DNA from: a virus
Direction: 5' to 3' (one strand)
Virus record (IMG/VR): IMGVR_UViG_3300021368_000007
Location: 6,346-70,345 of that record
DNA: 64,000 nt
The notes below the pieces were generated by a model, which was not told where the DNA came from, ran no database searches, and saw only the letters and a program-made list of their open reading frames with translations. Within the stretch, counting starts at the first letter, position 1; each line of letters opens with the position of its first letter. A program made the position numbers and the translations under genes. This document shows positions 37,559 to 48,654 of the stretch, piece after piece.

Positions 37559-38629
37559 GTTTAGGAAAATCGATTTGCCCGTCATGGTGATCGCTGCCTT
37601 ACCTACCAGATTGATGTTGGTGCTTGAGAAGACCGAAGCACCCACGAACTTAGCATTAAGGAACGATGAACCACTGATGTCCAACGATCCTGCAGCAGAT
37701 GATCCTAGTTTGATTGCCATTGCTGCTGGAGGATCATCCATAGCGAGTGCCTTACCAAGCACAGTTAGACTTGACAAACCACGAACTGTCTTGGAATCAT
37801 CTCCGTTAAGAACTGTCGCTGCTCCACCTTTTACTGCTTTCTGCAGAATGTGAGAGAAATCAGATTGTAACTGAATATTTCCTGTTGCTCGTAGTGAATA
37901 ATCACCCTTGATAACTTGGTTGATTGTACCAAGAGTATTGATAGCAACTTGAGCGCCAGGTTTTAGTTTCTGGTTTACACTAAACTCCCCACTACCATCA
38001 ATATAGAATCCACCGCTAGTAGTGAAACGAGCAAAAGATGAGTCAACGTTAAAGTCTGTTGCAACAACATTGACCTTACCTTGACCCTCTGCAGGTTCTA
38101 GGTTGATAGATTCTCCTGAACGAAGTGTAAGGTTGTTGAGTGCATTGAGAGTGATGTTATCTCCCTTCATTCCAATGTCACCACCTTGCGCTTCAATAGC
38201 AACGTCACCCTCTACGTAGATAGAATATGGTGCTGACCCTGTGGTGCTTCCATCTTCTTCTTTTGTCTGTGAGTCATCATTGCCACGTACATGTAGAGCA
38301 TATGTGTCAGTCTTTTCGTGGTGATCCTTAGCATGAATAACAACTTTACCACCGCAACCTGATTGCCCAGGTTTACCAGTTGCCATAACAATGTTACCAT
38401 TTACATCAAAGTGGAACATTGACTGACCATTAGTCATGATGAATCCAGTGGTTCCATCTTCATTTTGATAGGAACCCATAGTCCAACCATGTTTTGTTGC
38501 TATGACATTAAATTCACCATTAGTAAATTGACCCTCATCAGGATTTTCTGATCCTGCTGGTCTAGCAACACCCTTCTCTTTTAATTTTGCCTGTTCAGGA
38601 CTTGCTTTTTGTGTGTTTGTAATAGCCAT
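37556..38629 (-). CDS. baseplate hub/spike-associated protein (gp5 C-terminal-like)
   Basis: Beta-helix-like repeats with a GKSIFLN end. TAATG-coupled to gp5. Confidence 0.6.
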   Translation of the reverse strand: MAITNTQKASPEQAKLKEKGVARPAGSENPDEGQFTNGEFNVIATKHGWTMGSYQNEDGTTGFIMTNGQSMFHFDVNGNIVMATGKPGQSGCGGKVVIHAKDHHEKTDTYALHVRGNDDSQTKEEDGSTTGSAPYSIYVEGDVAIEAQGGDIGMKGDNITLNALNNLTLRSGESINLEPAEGQGKVNVVATDFNVDSSFARFTTSGGFYIDGSGEFSVNQKLKPGAQVAINTLGTINQVIKGDYSLRATGNIQLQSDFSHILQKAVKGGAATVLNGDDSKTVRGLSSLTVLGKALAMDDPPAAMAIKLGSSAAGSLDISGSSFLNAKFVGASVFSSTNINLVGKAAITMTGKSIFLN

Positions 38630-41541
38630 TATGGACAATCAACGTAAGAACCAGTTCCAATCTTGGCGTAACCCTTACGCTCAAGTTCAATATTATCTAG
38701 ACATGCCATGTTAGGCAAGAATCTAGCACCCGCTCCATTTCCACCGACAATACTGACGGCAGGCATAGATGTATATCTTCTATTACGATCTAGTGTTCGG
38801 ACACTAACAACATATCCCTGAGTATCAATGACTGCTTCAGCAATTCCTTCTTCTCCATTGATGAGAACTTTTGGAACCTCAGTGTATCCAAGACCAGGAG
38901 AAAGAATAGTAAAGGAATCAATGATACATTGTAGATTATTTTCATCTGGTGTGTTGGGTTTGTAGTTTACACCTTGTCTTGTGACACGAACTTCACTGAC
39001 AAGTCCTTTGTCATCGATTAGAGCAACAGCACCGCCGCCATAACCAGGACCACTAATTATAACTTGTGGTGGAGTTTGATATGGTCCACCAGGATACACA
39101 ATAGGAATATAAATGATTCCACCATTGTCATCGGTGATTGGATCACCAGCGACTGGTTTGGTGATCTGGAAGTCGCTTTCTTCTGGTGGTGTTGTTGGAT
39201 CCTCATTGTCACCGCCAGCACCAGCAGATTCAACGATGTTGAAGTCTGTACTTACACCTTTACTTTGTAGTATAATAGTAGCAGTCTCAATACCTTCTAC
39301 AACTGTATCATCTTCGATACCAAGGACAAATACTGCTGCATTATTCTGAATGACTAGAGTATCAGATAGAGTGTCAGATACAAAATCAGATGAAGTAATA
39401 CCCTTACCAATCATAAAGTAGGTAACTTCTGTACCATCAGGGACATTCTCTGTGGTAACTGTTACTAGAACATCCTCACCCTCTTCATAACTTGGTTTAT
39501 CTGTAGTGATATTCCAAACTTGTACTTGAGTTGGGTTTGGTGCTACTGGATCAACCGATGTGACATCAATCACCACATCAGTCTGAGCATCTGGATTGTA
39601 ACTAACACCATCAACAACAATAGCAGTGTTAATCACACCAACCATTCTCAGTAGTTCAGGAGAATCTTCAGCTACACCATCCTCTGCAATTTGAACAGGA
39701 ACTACTGCTGTGTTGCTATTCATGATCACATCACCCGAAAGGTTTCCAACAATATCTGTATCATTAATTTGTGGACCACTTAACTGCCAGCTGATGGTAG
39801 TGTTGTCAGGAATATTGACACCAGTGAAAGTGAAGGTAGCAGTGTTACCCTCTTGATATACTGTAGCGTTCGCAGAAAGGGTGAGGAATGGTTCACTTCC
39901 TTCAGGTAGAGGTGTTGTTGGATCGGGATCGGGATCTTCTACAGTAGGATCTTCTATGTCATCTTCTTCGATGGGATCATCGTCGAATGGTGGTTCATCT
40001 GCAACACTAGGAGGTACGTAGTCAATAGTTTTCTCGGGTCCAGGTGGTTGGTTTGGTGGTGATGGAGTTGGATCATTGGGAACACCACCAATAAAACTGA
40101 TTGTTGTATCTGCAACTGGTGGAACTACTTTAGATTCATTACAAACAAATGCAGATTGATCACCGATGCCAGACTCAAGATCTTTCAATAGTTTGTCTAG
40201 ATCATCAGACTCATCTGAAGAACAATCAGTACACTTTTGCTTGATTGGTTCACACTGCTGTCCAGGTCCAGTGCAACTGATACCCAACAGTTTCATGAAG
40301 TCATTGATGATGCCACCAATGAAGTTCAGTGGTGCAGCAATTGCTTCTAGGATTGCTTGAATAGGTGCAAGGATTGTGTTGACTAGTTCCTCAAACTTTG
40401 ATAGAATCTCGTTAAGAATACCATTTACTAGAGTATCAATAAAACATGCTGCATTGTTGAATACATCTTGAATGTATCCCATCAGCAGATCAGTAATAAA
40501 ACTTGCAATAGTATCAGTAATGTCAGCAATACTACAACCAAGTGCTTGGAAGATTTCGTCAAAGATTTCTTTGATCTTCTTAAATCTATTTCCTTTCTCT
40601 TTGATAGGTTTGAATGCTTTCTCTGGATCTGCGAGTGGTCCAGTATTACCAACAATAACTTCTTCTGTTAGCAGAGCATTATTAAGGAAGTCAATAGCAC
40701 CACGTAGTGCCTTCGTGATCTCTGTCTTTCCCCTAGCAATAAAACTCTTGACTAGTCTAACAACACGACTGATATGGAATCGAGCAATATCAATCTTGTC
40801 ATACATCAAACCATTGACTTTACTGACATAGTAATCACCAAGTTGTCCACCTGATGCTTGGTTGGCAGCGAGCATATCACCAATGAGTCTAGTCATTCCA
40901 GACTTTAGATCATTTTCTTGACCACAATTAGGATTGCCAATGACTACACAACTTTGTCCGCCAGTAGGATTAGTTTCTGAGTGCTTACCATATGCTGCCA
41001 ATAGAATAGGTGGCGCTCCGTTCTTTTCATCTGCTCTATCAGCATCAAGAACACCTTTATCGGTGTTAGCACCATCATCATTCTTACCACTCTGGGTTTC
41101 TATAGATCTATTCTGCTGTGGATTTACTTTAGGATCTACGAATGGAGTGAAGTTTAATGGACCAGAACCAGGATCAACATTACTTACTTTAGTTGCTCCC
41201 TTGACGCCACCAACAGAACCCATGATGATAGGTTTCTGCTTGTCATTATCTAGATAGAAACCAACTACAAAGCAACCACGTTGCAGACCAGGAGATGCAC
41301 CACCAGTACCACCCTCAATGAATGGTGTGGTGACGGGCATCATCAAGTGTGCCCATGGTAGATCCTCTGTTGGCGTAGCATTCTCACCTGTTTTCAGGTG
41401 TTGTCCGATGATACGCACACGAAAACGACCAGACCTTTTAGGGTCATCCTTTTTATTGGTCTCTACCTGACCGATCCACCAAGAGAATCCGTCAGAACCA
41501 ATCTGATGTATAGGATATAGCGATGATAAAGACTGATCCAT
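38629..41541 (-). CDS. gp5: baseplate hub subunit gp5
   Basis: GFSWWIGQVE...RFRVRIIGQH...DLPWA...VVGFYLD...PIIMG, the gp5 OB-fold. Confidence 0.85.
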   Translation of the reverse strand: MDQSLSSLYPIHQIGSDGFSWWIGQVETNKKDDPKRSGRFRVRIIGQHLKTGENATPTEDLPWAHLMMPVTTPFIEGGTGGASPGLQRGCFVVGFYLDNDKQKPIIMGSVGGVKGATKVSNVDPGSGPLNFTPFVDPKVNPQQNRSIETQSGKNDDGANTDKGVLDADRADEKNGAPPILLAAYGKHSETNPTGGQSCVVIGNPNCGQENDLKSGMTRLIGDMLAANQASGGQLGDYYVSKVNGLMYDKIDIARFHISRVVRLVKSFIARGKTEITKALRGAIDFLNNALLTEEVIVGNTGPLADPEKAFKPIKEKGNRFKKIKEIFDEIFQALGCSIADITDTIASFITDLLMGYIQDVFNNAACFIDTLVNGILNEILSKFEELVNTILAPIQAILEAIAAPLNFIGGIINDFMKLLGISCTGPGQQCEPIKQKCTDCSSDESDDLDKLLKDLESGIGDQSAFVCNESKVVPPVADTTISFIGGVPNDPTPSPPNQPPGPEKTIDYVPPSVADEPPFDDDPIEEDDIEDPTVEDPDPDPTTPLPEGSEPFLTLSANATVYQEGNTATFTFTGVNIPDNTTISWQLSGPQINDTDIVGNLSGDVIMNSNTAVVPVQIAEDGVAEDSPELLRMVGVINTAIVVDGVSYNPDAQTDVVIDVTSVDPVAPNPTQVQVWNITTDKPSYEEGEDVLVTVTTENVPDGTEVTYFMIGKGITSSDFVSDTLSDTLVIQNNAAVFVLGIEDDTVVEGIETATIILQSKGVSTDFNIVESAGAGGDNEDPTTPPEESDFQITKPVAGDPITDDNGGIIYIPIVYPGGPYQTPPQVIISGPGYGGGAVALIDDKGLVSEVRVTRQGVNYKPNTPDENNLQCIIDSFTILSPGLGYTEVPKVLINGEEGIAEAVIDTQGYVVSVRTLDRNRRYTSMPAVSIVGGNGAGARFLPNMACLDNIELERKGYAKIGTGSYVDCP

Positions 41542-41560
41542 ATTTAATTAATCCCCCCTA

Positions 41561-42952
41561 TTATTTAACACCCGAATCATACTCTTTGATTCCATACGTA
41601 TCACGAATTAGATTTAATACTGTAGTGAACTCTGGTTCGCCACTCTCTTTGACAAGTTGATAGTTGTGAGACAATTGAGCGATGAGATATGTACCGCTGT
41701 TCTCTTCATCCCATTGCTGACCCTCTTTAATTTCTTCGGCAGCAACGTTTGGAATGTATATCTTTACCTTGTCTCCTACTCTCAGACTTGAATTACCAGG
41801 GATGACAACCTCTACCTTCTGATTTTCCATCAGATATCGTCTTCCAATTGACTGCGCTGTGTAATACTTTGCATAGTCAGGAAACTCTGCGTCACCATCT
41901 TCTTCTGGGTTAGCAATACCATCTCCGTCATACCATAGTTCAGGATCCAATAGAACTGTCATGATTCTACTGGGTTTAGCACTCAAATCTTTCTGATACT
42001 TTGGAACACTAGTTTGACTACCAAGGTGTGACATGTTATTAAAGGTAGTCTTCATGTCATAGTTGTACTCTTCATACTTTTGCGATGAGAGATCAAAGTA
42101 ACACATGTGTGTAGAGTAGATGCCATTGTTTAACTTATCAATGATGTCAATCTCATCTGTGAACTTGTAACTCTCAATGGTATTGAATGCAGACTCAGAA
42201 GATTGTCCAGCAGCAGGACGAGAATAGTATTCTGCCACAGGTGCAGACCCACCGAAAGTATCACTGCCATCAGAACATAGCAGGTCCATAGATTTGAATA
42301 CAAATCCATCTGCATTCTGGAAGAACAGATATCCTGCAGTACCAGATGCTTTAGTTGCATTAGTACCCAGTTCTCCTCCAGGTTGTGCATCTTCTACACC
42401 ACCACCCTTCTTAAACTTAGAAGACTTTGGTACAGTTCTTGCCATCAGTGATTGAATGATCGCATGTGGTTTCCTACCATTGGGAAACATGCTCATCTTA
42501 AACTTAGATGTTTCAGCAAAGATTTTGTCTTGTGGCACACCTAGATTTGTTGTGAGAACATCAGAAACAATTTGTTCTGGATGTGCTTTCATCTTCTTTG
42601 TAACTCTGGCAGCTTCATTTGTCATTGCTTCTTTAGATAGCAATGCAAGGTTATACATCTGTCTGTTCTTGTCTACAACTCTGTTGTATACCTTGTAAAC
42701 ATATAGTTCATACTCTACAACTTCTCCTTTAACATTATCAAGAGTAAAGATAACTCTCTCGCCGCCTTGGATAGGTAGATTACCAATCAAGTTTTGTCCA
42801 CTATCAATAACAACCATGTTAGCACTGACAAATGGTGTAAAGATATCCTCATAGTATGAGAACGCACCAACAGTTGATGTCATAACAAATTGAGTACCAT
42901 CAACACTAGTGATGACCACAGATTTCGGATTAAAGAATTTAGAATTAGACAT
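41561..42952 (-). CDS. baseplate hub protein (gp27-like)
   Basis: YYEDIFTP...LPIQGGERV...YLFFQN...IPGNSSLRVGD...SGTYLI...HNY. Confidence 0.6.
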   Translation of the reverse strand: MSNSKFFNPKSVVITSVDGTQFVMTSTVGAFSYYEDIFTPFVSANMVVIDSGQNLIGNLPIQGGERVIFTLDNVKGEVVEYELYVYKVYNRVVDKNRQMYNLALLSKEAMTNEAARVTKKMKAHPEQIVSDVLTTNLGVPQDKIFAETSKFKMSMFPNGRKPHAIIQSLMARTVPKSSKFKKGGGVEDAQPGGELGTNATKASGTAGYLFFQNADGFVFKSMDLLCSDGSDTFGGSAPVAEYYSRPAAGQSSESAFNTIESYKFTDEIDIIDKLNNGIYSTHMCYFDLSSQKYEEYNYDMKTTFNNMSHLGSQTSVPKYQKDLSAKPSRIMTVLLDPELWYDGDGIANPEEDGDAEFPDYAKYYTAQSIGRRYLMENQKVEVVIPGNSSLRVGDKVKIYIPNVAAEEIKEGQQWDEENSGTYLIAQLSHNYQLVKESGEPEFTTVLNLIRDTYGIKEYDSGVK

Positions 42953-45048
42953 TAGAATTGATGTTGCATGTATGGATTCTCACCATTGATTGCTGCCCAA
43001 GGTGAAGTGAGGGGAGCACTCTGTTGCATTTGTGCTGGTGCTGGTGTTGGTGTAGCTGGCAAAACAATTGGTGGCAGTGCAGTCATGCCTGCTTTACCAG
43101 GATCAATCACTGCTCCTGCTCCTGTTGTTGGTGGAGTTGCACCAGGAGATACTACAGGAGGTGGTGTAGTAAATGCCTCAACATTTCCGCCGACAGTAAA
43201 TACTGATGATGCAAATGGAGATCCATCAACTGGTCCTCCACTTCTAGTTGGATAGTATTCAAAGTGTAGGTGTGGACCAGTGGTAGGACCAGCACCAGGA
43301 GTTCCAGGTTGTCCACCAGTCTCACCAATGAGTGTTCCAGGAACAACAGCAGCTCCAGGACTCACTGCAACCTTACTCATGTGTAGATATCTAGATCGAG
43401 ATCCATCATCATGTTGAATGTATACCTCACCATTGTTACCAATAGCAGGAACAGTAGTGTCAATAACTTTTCCTGGTTTTTTAACTGCTAGTGGTGTACC
43501 TTGTGGAATGCCATAGTCAACACCCATGTGATTTGTTGAACCAACACCACCAGGAGATCGACGATAACCAAAACCAGATGTGATTTGATAACCATCAACA
43601 GATCCACCACCTGATACCATACCAGGCGACATAAATCCCATGGCACCACCACCAACCGCTGCTTCTGCACCACCAGCAGCACCCTTTCGCTGTTTCTTTC
43701 CTCTTCTTCCCCCACCTTTAAGTTCAACACCCCCTGCTTTTGATTCCTCTCCACCAAAAAATGCAGTGACTAAATTTTCTGGGATGCCAAACGCTGCAGC
43801 AGCAGGTGTGAACATTTTCTGAATGACTGGTCTGAATATCTGACCAATACCACCCATCTTATTAACAACATTACTAGCAGTGCTCATCAACACAGCACCA
43901 GCAGCAATCGTAGGTAGTTGCAGTGCCTTAGCAAATGGATCTGCTTTCTTTACATTGTCTTGGTTCTGTTTGACTGCTGTTTCTAGAGTATTCTTAGGAA
44001 CAACTGCCTGGTCTCCACCACCTCCAAGTGGTGTTGGGTTGTCAAGTACACCACCAGACGCTAGTTTTCTGCGTCCAGGTAGCACTCTGGATGCCATGCG
44101 AGGAGCGAATCCATTGATGCCAGCACCACCTCTTGCTCTCGCCCATGGTGTGCTGGATCCCATCCTTTGTGGTCCGATAGGATTAGTGTACATCCTACCC
44201 TTAGACATGCGTGGCATTCTATTTCTGCCACGACCACCACGACGACCTAGTAAGTTAAGACCAAAGTTGACGATGTTTCCTAGCAGTCCTCCACCACCAC
44301 CTGCTTTATCTCTCTCATTATCAAATGCAACACCACCTGCCATGCGGTTGCGTGCTCCAGCAGCGGCAGCAGTTCGTGCAACCTCAGCATCATCCTCTGC
44401 TTTTATCTGTTGAGCAAGACTCTCTTCTGATGCTTTGACCTGTTGTTCTTCTAGACTATTATTCTTGGAGAAGAATGTTCCTATGCCACGGACATTCTCT
44501 GCCATTCTCACGACCAGAGATGGTGTCTTGTCACCATCTTCTTTTTGTCTTAGTGCATCTACCTTAGCACCAAGAATAGAAAACTTCTCTGCGATGCTAG
44601 CAGATAGTTTACCAAGAGCACCTTGCTCTTTATATCCTGCACCTTCTAGGTCTAGTTCACCCTGCTTAACTCTCTGCACTTCTGCAGGTTGTGCTGCTAC
44701 AAGTGCATCAAATCTTTTTTGCTTATCTAATGATGGATCGTTCTGTGCTTCTGGATCTCTTTGGAAGAATCCTGTGGTTCTTCTACGTAAATCTCCACCG
44801 AACTCAGTGCCCAGTGCCTTCTTCATGAAGAACCCTTTGCCCTGCTCGTCTTTCTGTGCTAGGAGATCGGTAAGTCTTTGTTGTTCTTCTGGTGTTTTTT
44901 CTGACTTGTTTTGTAGTTCTTCAATCTCATTCTGTTGTCTGCGTCTAGCACCAGCTGCCATCTGAATGGCACTACCAAGTTTCTCGCCCAATGCACCAGC
45001 GAGGTTGCCATACTCAGGTTTTTGGTAACTTACTGTGCCTGCTGCCAT
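42952..45048 (-). CDS. tail-associated protein with M23 peptidase domain
   Basis: ITSGFGYR...HMGVDY...YLHM...GPHLHFE M23 motifs after a long helical region. Confidence 0.85.
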   Translation of the reverse strand: MAAGTVSYQKPEYGNLAGALGEKLGSAIQMAAGARRRQQNEIEELQNKSEKTPEEQQRLTDLLAQKDEQGKGFFMKKALGTEFGGDLRRRTTGFFQRDPEAQNDPSLDKQKRFDALVAAQPAEVQRVKQGELDLEGAGYKEQGALGKLSASIAEKFSILGAKVDALRQKEDGDKTPSLVVRMAENVRGIGTFFSKNNSLEEQQVKASEESLAQQIKAEDDAEVARTAAAAGARNRMAGGVAFDNERDKAGGGGGLLGNIVNFGLNLLGRRGGRGRNRMPRMSKGRMYTNPIGPQRMGSSTPWARARGGAGINGFAPRMASRVLPGRRKLASGGVLDNPTPLGGGGDQAVVPKNTLETAVKQNQDNVKKADPFAKALQLPTIAAGAVLMSTASNVVNKMGGIGQIFRPVIQKMFTPAAAAFGIPENLVTAFFGGEESKAGGVELKGGGRRGKKQRKGAAGGAEAAVGGGAMGFMSPGMVSGGGSVDGYQITSGFGYRRSPGGVGSTNHMGVDYGIPQGTPLAVKKPGKVIDTTVPAIGNNGEVYIQHDDGSRSRYLHMSKVAVSPGAAVVPGTLIGETGGQPGTPGAGPTTGPHLHFEYYPTRSGGPVDGSPFASSVFTVGGNVEAFTTPPPVVSPGATPPTTGAGAVIDPGKAGMTALPPIVLPATPTPAPAQMQQSAPLTSPWAAINGENPYMQHQF

Positions 45049-45049
45049 G

Positions 45050-45105
45050 CTCGACTTTTTTCCTAAAATTTTGGCGGAGAATTTTTTTCAGAATTCAGGT
45101 AATCA
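45050..45105. repeat. 56-bp dispersed intergenic element, copy 2
   Basis: CTCGACTTTTTT-N11-GGCGGAGAATTTTTTT...GTAATCA. Confidence 0.85.
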
Positions 45106-45136
45106 AAAGGTGAATTTGGTATCACCTATGTATTTA

Positions 45137-47764
45137 TCAGTTGACTTGTAACCTGGCACGCTTGAGTGCATCCAATGTAGTTCTGTTTCCTTGCCTATCA
45201 TAATAGAAATGAGCAACGCCTGCATCCTCTCCCATGTCATGGTTCTTTCTGTAACCTACTGGAGTTGATGAACCTTGAATAATAATAGGTTGGAATGTCA
45301 TCGAACCAAATTGATCATTCTCCTGCATCTTCTGTAAGTTCTTAGGCAATGGCACCATCTGCTCAGGTGATGGAGGTGTCATCACTTCTTGATTCTGTTG
45401 ATCAGGTGCCTCTGGTGGTTGTGTTCCCACTGGTCCAGGAGTCTCTGCTGTGTGACCACCATTATCATCTGCAGCGGCAGCAGGTTGCCCTGGCGGAGAA
45501 CCAGGAGGTGGTGCCATGTCAGGCATGTCTGCACTCAGACCCATCTTATTAATCATTCCCTCATAAACAGAGGGAGTATACTTTGCTTGAATACTAGCAG
45601 CAGGGATCTCCCAATACTTCATCCACCAGTGAGCAGCTTCTCCAGGACTACTGAATTGTGTCTGCAAATACTCTGGTCCACGATGCTCCTGCAAAGCATA
45701 ATCAATCTGACCCTTCCAGTTTGATTGCCAATTAGGAACCGCTGCCATCATAGGTCCACCACGACCTGCTGCCATGTTCCATTGGAACAATCCAAACGAT
45801 CCACCGATTCCACGATCACCATGAGCACCAATCTTAAATCCAGACTCGCGCATGATGTTAACGACGAGACCTTTGGCATGAACCTCAGGGATTCCTTTCG
45901 ATAGTAGGTATTTGTAAACAGCACCAGCAGATGTCTTACCTTCACCACCACCCATATTAATGTCAGGGATAGGACCACCAGGACCCATCGCTTGCTGACC
46001 ATTCATAGTTTCTTGTGGGTCTACTCCACCTTTTTTCAATTGTTGATCAGCAACGGCAGCTTCAGATTGAATTCCTTCTGCTCCATCTCCAACCACACCT
46101 TGGACATTGAAGTTTGAAATGCCAAACAATCTTTCGAGAGGTCCGATCTCTTGCTTGATAAATGGTTTGACTTTCTCTCCACCAACCTGTTCGATAATTT
46201 TTTTGGTGATGCCAAGGATGAATGGAATAGCACTCAATCCTCCAGTGCTTACCTGTGACACCTGCTTAACTACTTTTCTGCCAGTAGTAGATGACAAACT
46301 GAACACTGCCTCTGGTCCTGCTTCACCAGCAAGGAATCCACCCGACGCTAGTTTCTCTGGTGGTGGATTGCCCATCTGTGCTGACAAATCTAATGCTTTC
46401 TGCTGCATTTCAGTTGGGTTGTCTGGATCGAAATCATTTCCAGCAACTTGCTGTGTGACCTTTGGTTCTGCTGCAGGAGCACTGCCGCCACCACCTGTGA
46501 GTGCATCATACAAGAATCCACCGACCATATCACCAAGAATACCACCAGCAACTGTACCAACAAATGGGATAGGAATCAGTGTGCCCAACGCACCACCCAA
46601 TGTAGCACCAACTGCTTTCGCTGCTGCTCTACCTACTGGTTCACCCAGCATTAATGAAACAGCAAAGTCAATTAGACCACCAAAGATAGGAATGCGTTTT
46701 ATAATTGGACGCATGAGACCTAGTGCTGCTTTCTTAATGAATGACTGAGTTACTTTAACTGCAGCAGTCTTAGCAAGTTTCTTGCCACCTAATCTTAACG
46801 CTGTTCGGGTGAGAGCTCTGCCCGCACCTCTTCTGCCGACTCTACCTGCTGCTTTACCACCCTGTCGCAGAAAGTCATCCCCTGACAGAAAATCAAGAGC
46901 AGTATCCAGTAAACCTGGCTTCTCCTGATCATCTTCTGTAGTTTCGTCTTCATCTCTTTCGTTATCGTACTTTAGTAACGAAGTATTGTCTACAACCTCT
47001 TCACTAGGAGATTCAATTGCCTCCACTTGCTGTTGATCTTTTTGCGCTGCGTTGAATCTAAAGAATTTCTTCTGAATTTCAACTGCTTTCTTCTTAATTG
47101 TATTGCTTTCTTTGATATGAGACTTGACATCTTCTGTGGTCTCTTGCTCTACATCAAAGGCAAGTTCTAATTGTTCTTCTTTATTTTGTTTCGATCTAAT
47201 TAGATCATCAAACTTCCCAGTAAGAATGGAGAACGCCTTGCCGATTCCACCATCATTCTCACTCTCAGGTGCAGGTAGAGGACCCTGCTGCATCTCAAAG
47301 TATGGATTAACTTGTGCCGAGAACCTACCTGACCTACCCAACGCTGGGTCTTGGACATCAGTAGGATCTGACGAGAATGTTCCTTTGGTTCTGTTGATTA
47401 AGTCACCACCAAACTGGAACTTAGCTGCCTGGTATAGATAAAACCCAGGATCTTTTTTAATTTTGTTAGGGTCAGCAGCACGAGCTGCTGATGCCATGGA
47501 GAATGTCTCTCCGATTTTACCACCAAGAAATCCAGCAAAAGATTCTCCCTGTTGAGTAGGAGAAACCTTGATTACTTTAAACTTTACTTTCTTGGGTTTG
47601 ACTTTGCTCTCACTTGGAAGAGGTAAGGGATCTGGTTCCCCTTTCTCATCCTCTTTGTAGATAGATTCCAAAAGAGGATCCAGCATGTTCTCATCGAAGC
47701 CCCTTTCCATGCGGTCAAGGACTTCTTGTAGACTCTTCTTCCTCTTAGGATCTACCTCAGGCAT
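45137..47764 (-). CDS. tape-measure-like protein with phage tail lysozyme domain
   Basis: Gly/Ala-rich hydrophobic segment followed by GLVVNIMRESG...GLFQW...QIDY...WEIP. Confidence 0.75.
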   Translation of the reverse strand: MPEVDPKRKKSLQEVLDRMERGFDENMLDPLLESIYKEDEKGEPDPLPLPSESKVKPKKVKFKVIKVSPTQQGESFAGFLGGKIGETFSMASAARAADPNKIKKDPGFYLYQAAKFQFGGDLINRTKGTFSSDPTDVQDPALGRSGRFSAQVNPYFEMQQGPLPAPESENDGGIGKAFSILTGKFDDLIRSKQNKEEQLELAFDVEQETTEDVKSHIKESNTIKKKAVEIQKKFFRFNAAQKDQQQVEAIESPSEEVVDNTSLLKYDNERDEDETTEDDQEKPGLLDTALDFLSGDDFLRQGGKAAGRVGRRGAGRALTRTALRLGGKKLAKTAAVKVTQSFIKKAALGLMRPIIKRIPIFGGLIDFAVSLMLGEPVGRAAAKAVGATLGGALGTLIPIPFVGTVAGGILGDMVGGFLYDALTGGGGSAPAAEPKVTQQVAGNDFDPDNPTEMQQKALDLSAQMGNPPPEKLASGGFLAGEAGPEAVFSLSSTTGRKVVKQVSQVSTGGLSAIPFILGITKKIIEQVGGEKVKPFIKQEIGPLERLFGISNFNVQGVVGDGAEGIQSEAAVADQQLKKGGVDPQETMNGQQAMGPGGPIPDINMGGGEGKTSAGAVYKYLLSKGIPEVHAKGLVVNIMRESGFKIGAHGDRGIGGSFGLFQWNMAAGRGGPMMAAVPNWQSNWKGQIDYALQEHRGPEYLQTQFSSPGEAAHWWMKYWEIPAASIQAKYTPSVYEGMINKMGLSADMPDMAPPPGSPPGQPAAAADDNGGHTAETPGPVGTQPPEAPDQQNQEVMTPPSPEQMVPLPKNLQKMQENDQFGSMTFQPIIIQGSSTPVGYRKNHDMGEDAGVAHFYYDRQGNRTTLDALKRARLQVN

Positions 47765-47930
47765 TTTGTTTTTGCTTGTCTTCTAGTTCTTTAAGGTATT
47801 GATTAAGCAAAGACACGTATACCGTGCGTTCCCACGGCATCATATTTTCAATCTCAGTCAAGCTATATTTATGGTGCTGCATGAGAGCAAAGTTTGTTCT
47901 ATAATAATTTTCCAGAGTATTATAGAACAT
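47757..47930 (-). CDS. gp51: baseplate hub assembly catalyst gp51
   Basis: Translated by hand: MFYNTLENYYRTNFALMQHHKYSLTEIENMMPWERTVYVSLLNQYLKELEDKQKQNA. Confidence 0.85.
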   Translation of the reverse strand: MFYNTLENYYRTNFALMQHHKYSLTEIENMMPWERTVYVSLLNQYLKELEDKQKQNA

Positions 47931-47932
47931 GC

Positions 47933-48649
47933 TTATCCGAAAAAAGACTGCAAACCCTCCAACGTGTAGGACGATTCAACACCAGTGTTCGGATTGGTTA
48001 CCTTAAACTCATGACGTAGAGTTGGCATCGTGTTAAAGAATGCTTGAACAGATTCAAACTGCTTCTGTGTAAGACCCTCAACAAACTGAACCTTCTCTTT
48101 CATTGTAGTTGTAGAGTCATCATATACTTCATCACCTTCATAGATCTGATCAATACACTTAGCAATGACTCCAAAGATTTCATCAGGATCATCAGGATTC
48201 TGACCCATCATAGTATAGTTAACAAACTCTTTCATGCCAGGATAACGCATGATCATACCAACATTGTCAGTAAGTTCAATCTTATTGCTATGATCTTTAG
48301 GGAATGTCACCTGAACTTCAGTAAGATCAACTGTATAATCAACCTTAGTTGTGCCATCATCATCACAAGTAATCTTCATGGCAACTTCCTCACCAACAGA
48401 TTGAGCACGAATGTTGAGGAACAAATACTCAAGATCAAATGAAGTTAGATCATCAATCTTGATTCTTGATAGGACACAAGACTTTACGATAGTCTTTACA
48501 GCTTCTTCTACATCCTTTGCGTCTTCACTTTGCGTGGCAAGCAGAAGAATCTTCTCCTCTTTTACAAGGAAAGGACGATATTTAATTTTCTTTTTCGATG
48601 ATGGCAGACTCAACTCATAAGTTGGTGTAGCAATAGATGGCAATGCCAT
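47933..48649 (-). CDS. gp26: baseplate hub subunit gp26
   Basis: MALPSIATPTYELSLPS...KYRPFLVKEEKILL...FDLEYLFLNIRAQSVGE. Confidence 0.9.
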   Translation of the reverse strand: MALPSIATPTYELSLPSSKKKIKYRPFLVKEEKILLLATQSEDAKDVEEAVKTIVKSCVLSRIKIDDLTSFDLEYLFLNIRAQSVGEEVAMKITCDDDGTTKVDYTVDLTEVQVTFPKDHSNKIELTDNVGMIMRYPGMKEFVNYTMMGQNPDDPDEIFGVIAKCIDQIYEGDEVYDDSTTTMKEKVQFVEGLTQKQFESVQAFFNTMPTLRHEFKVTNPNTGVESSYTLEGLQSFFG

Positions 48650-48654
48650 AATAA

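Noticed and set aside
46107-46748. 213-aa plus-strand ORF, and similar ones at 43880-44965
   Set aside because: Antisense to Gly/Ala-rich tail genes. No independent evidence of coding.
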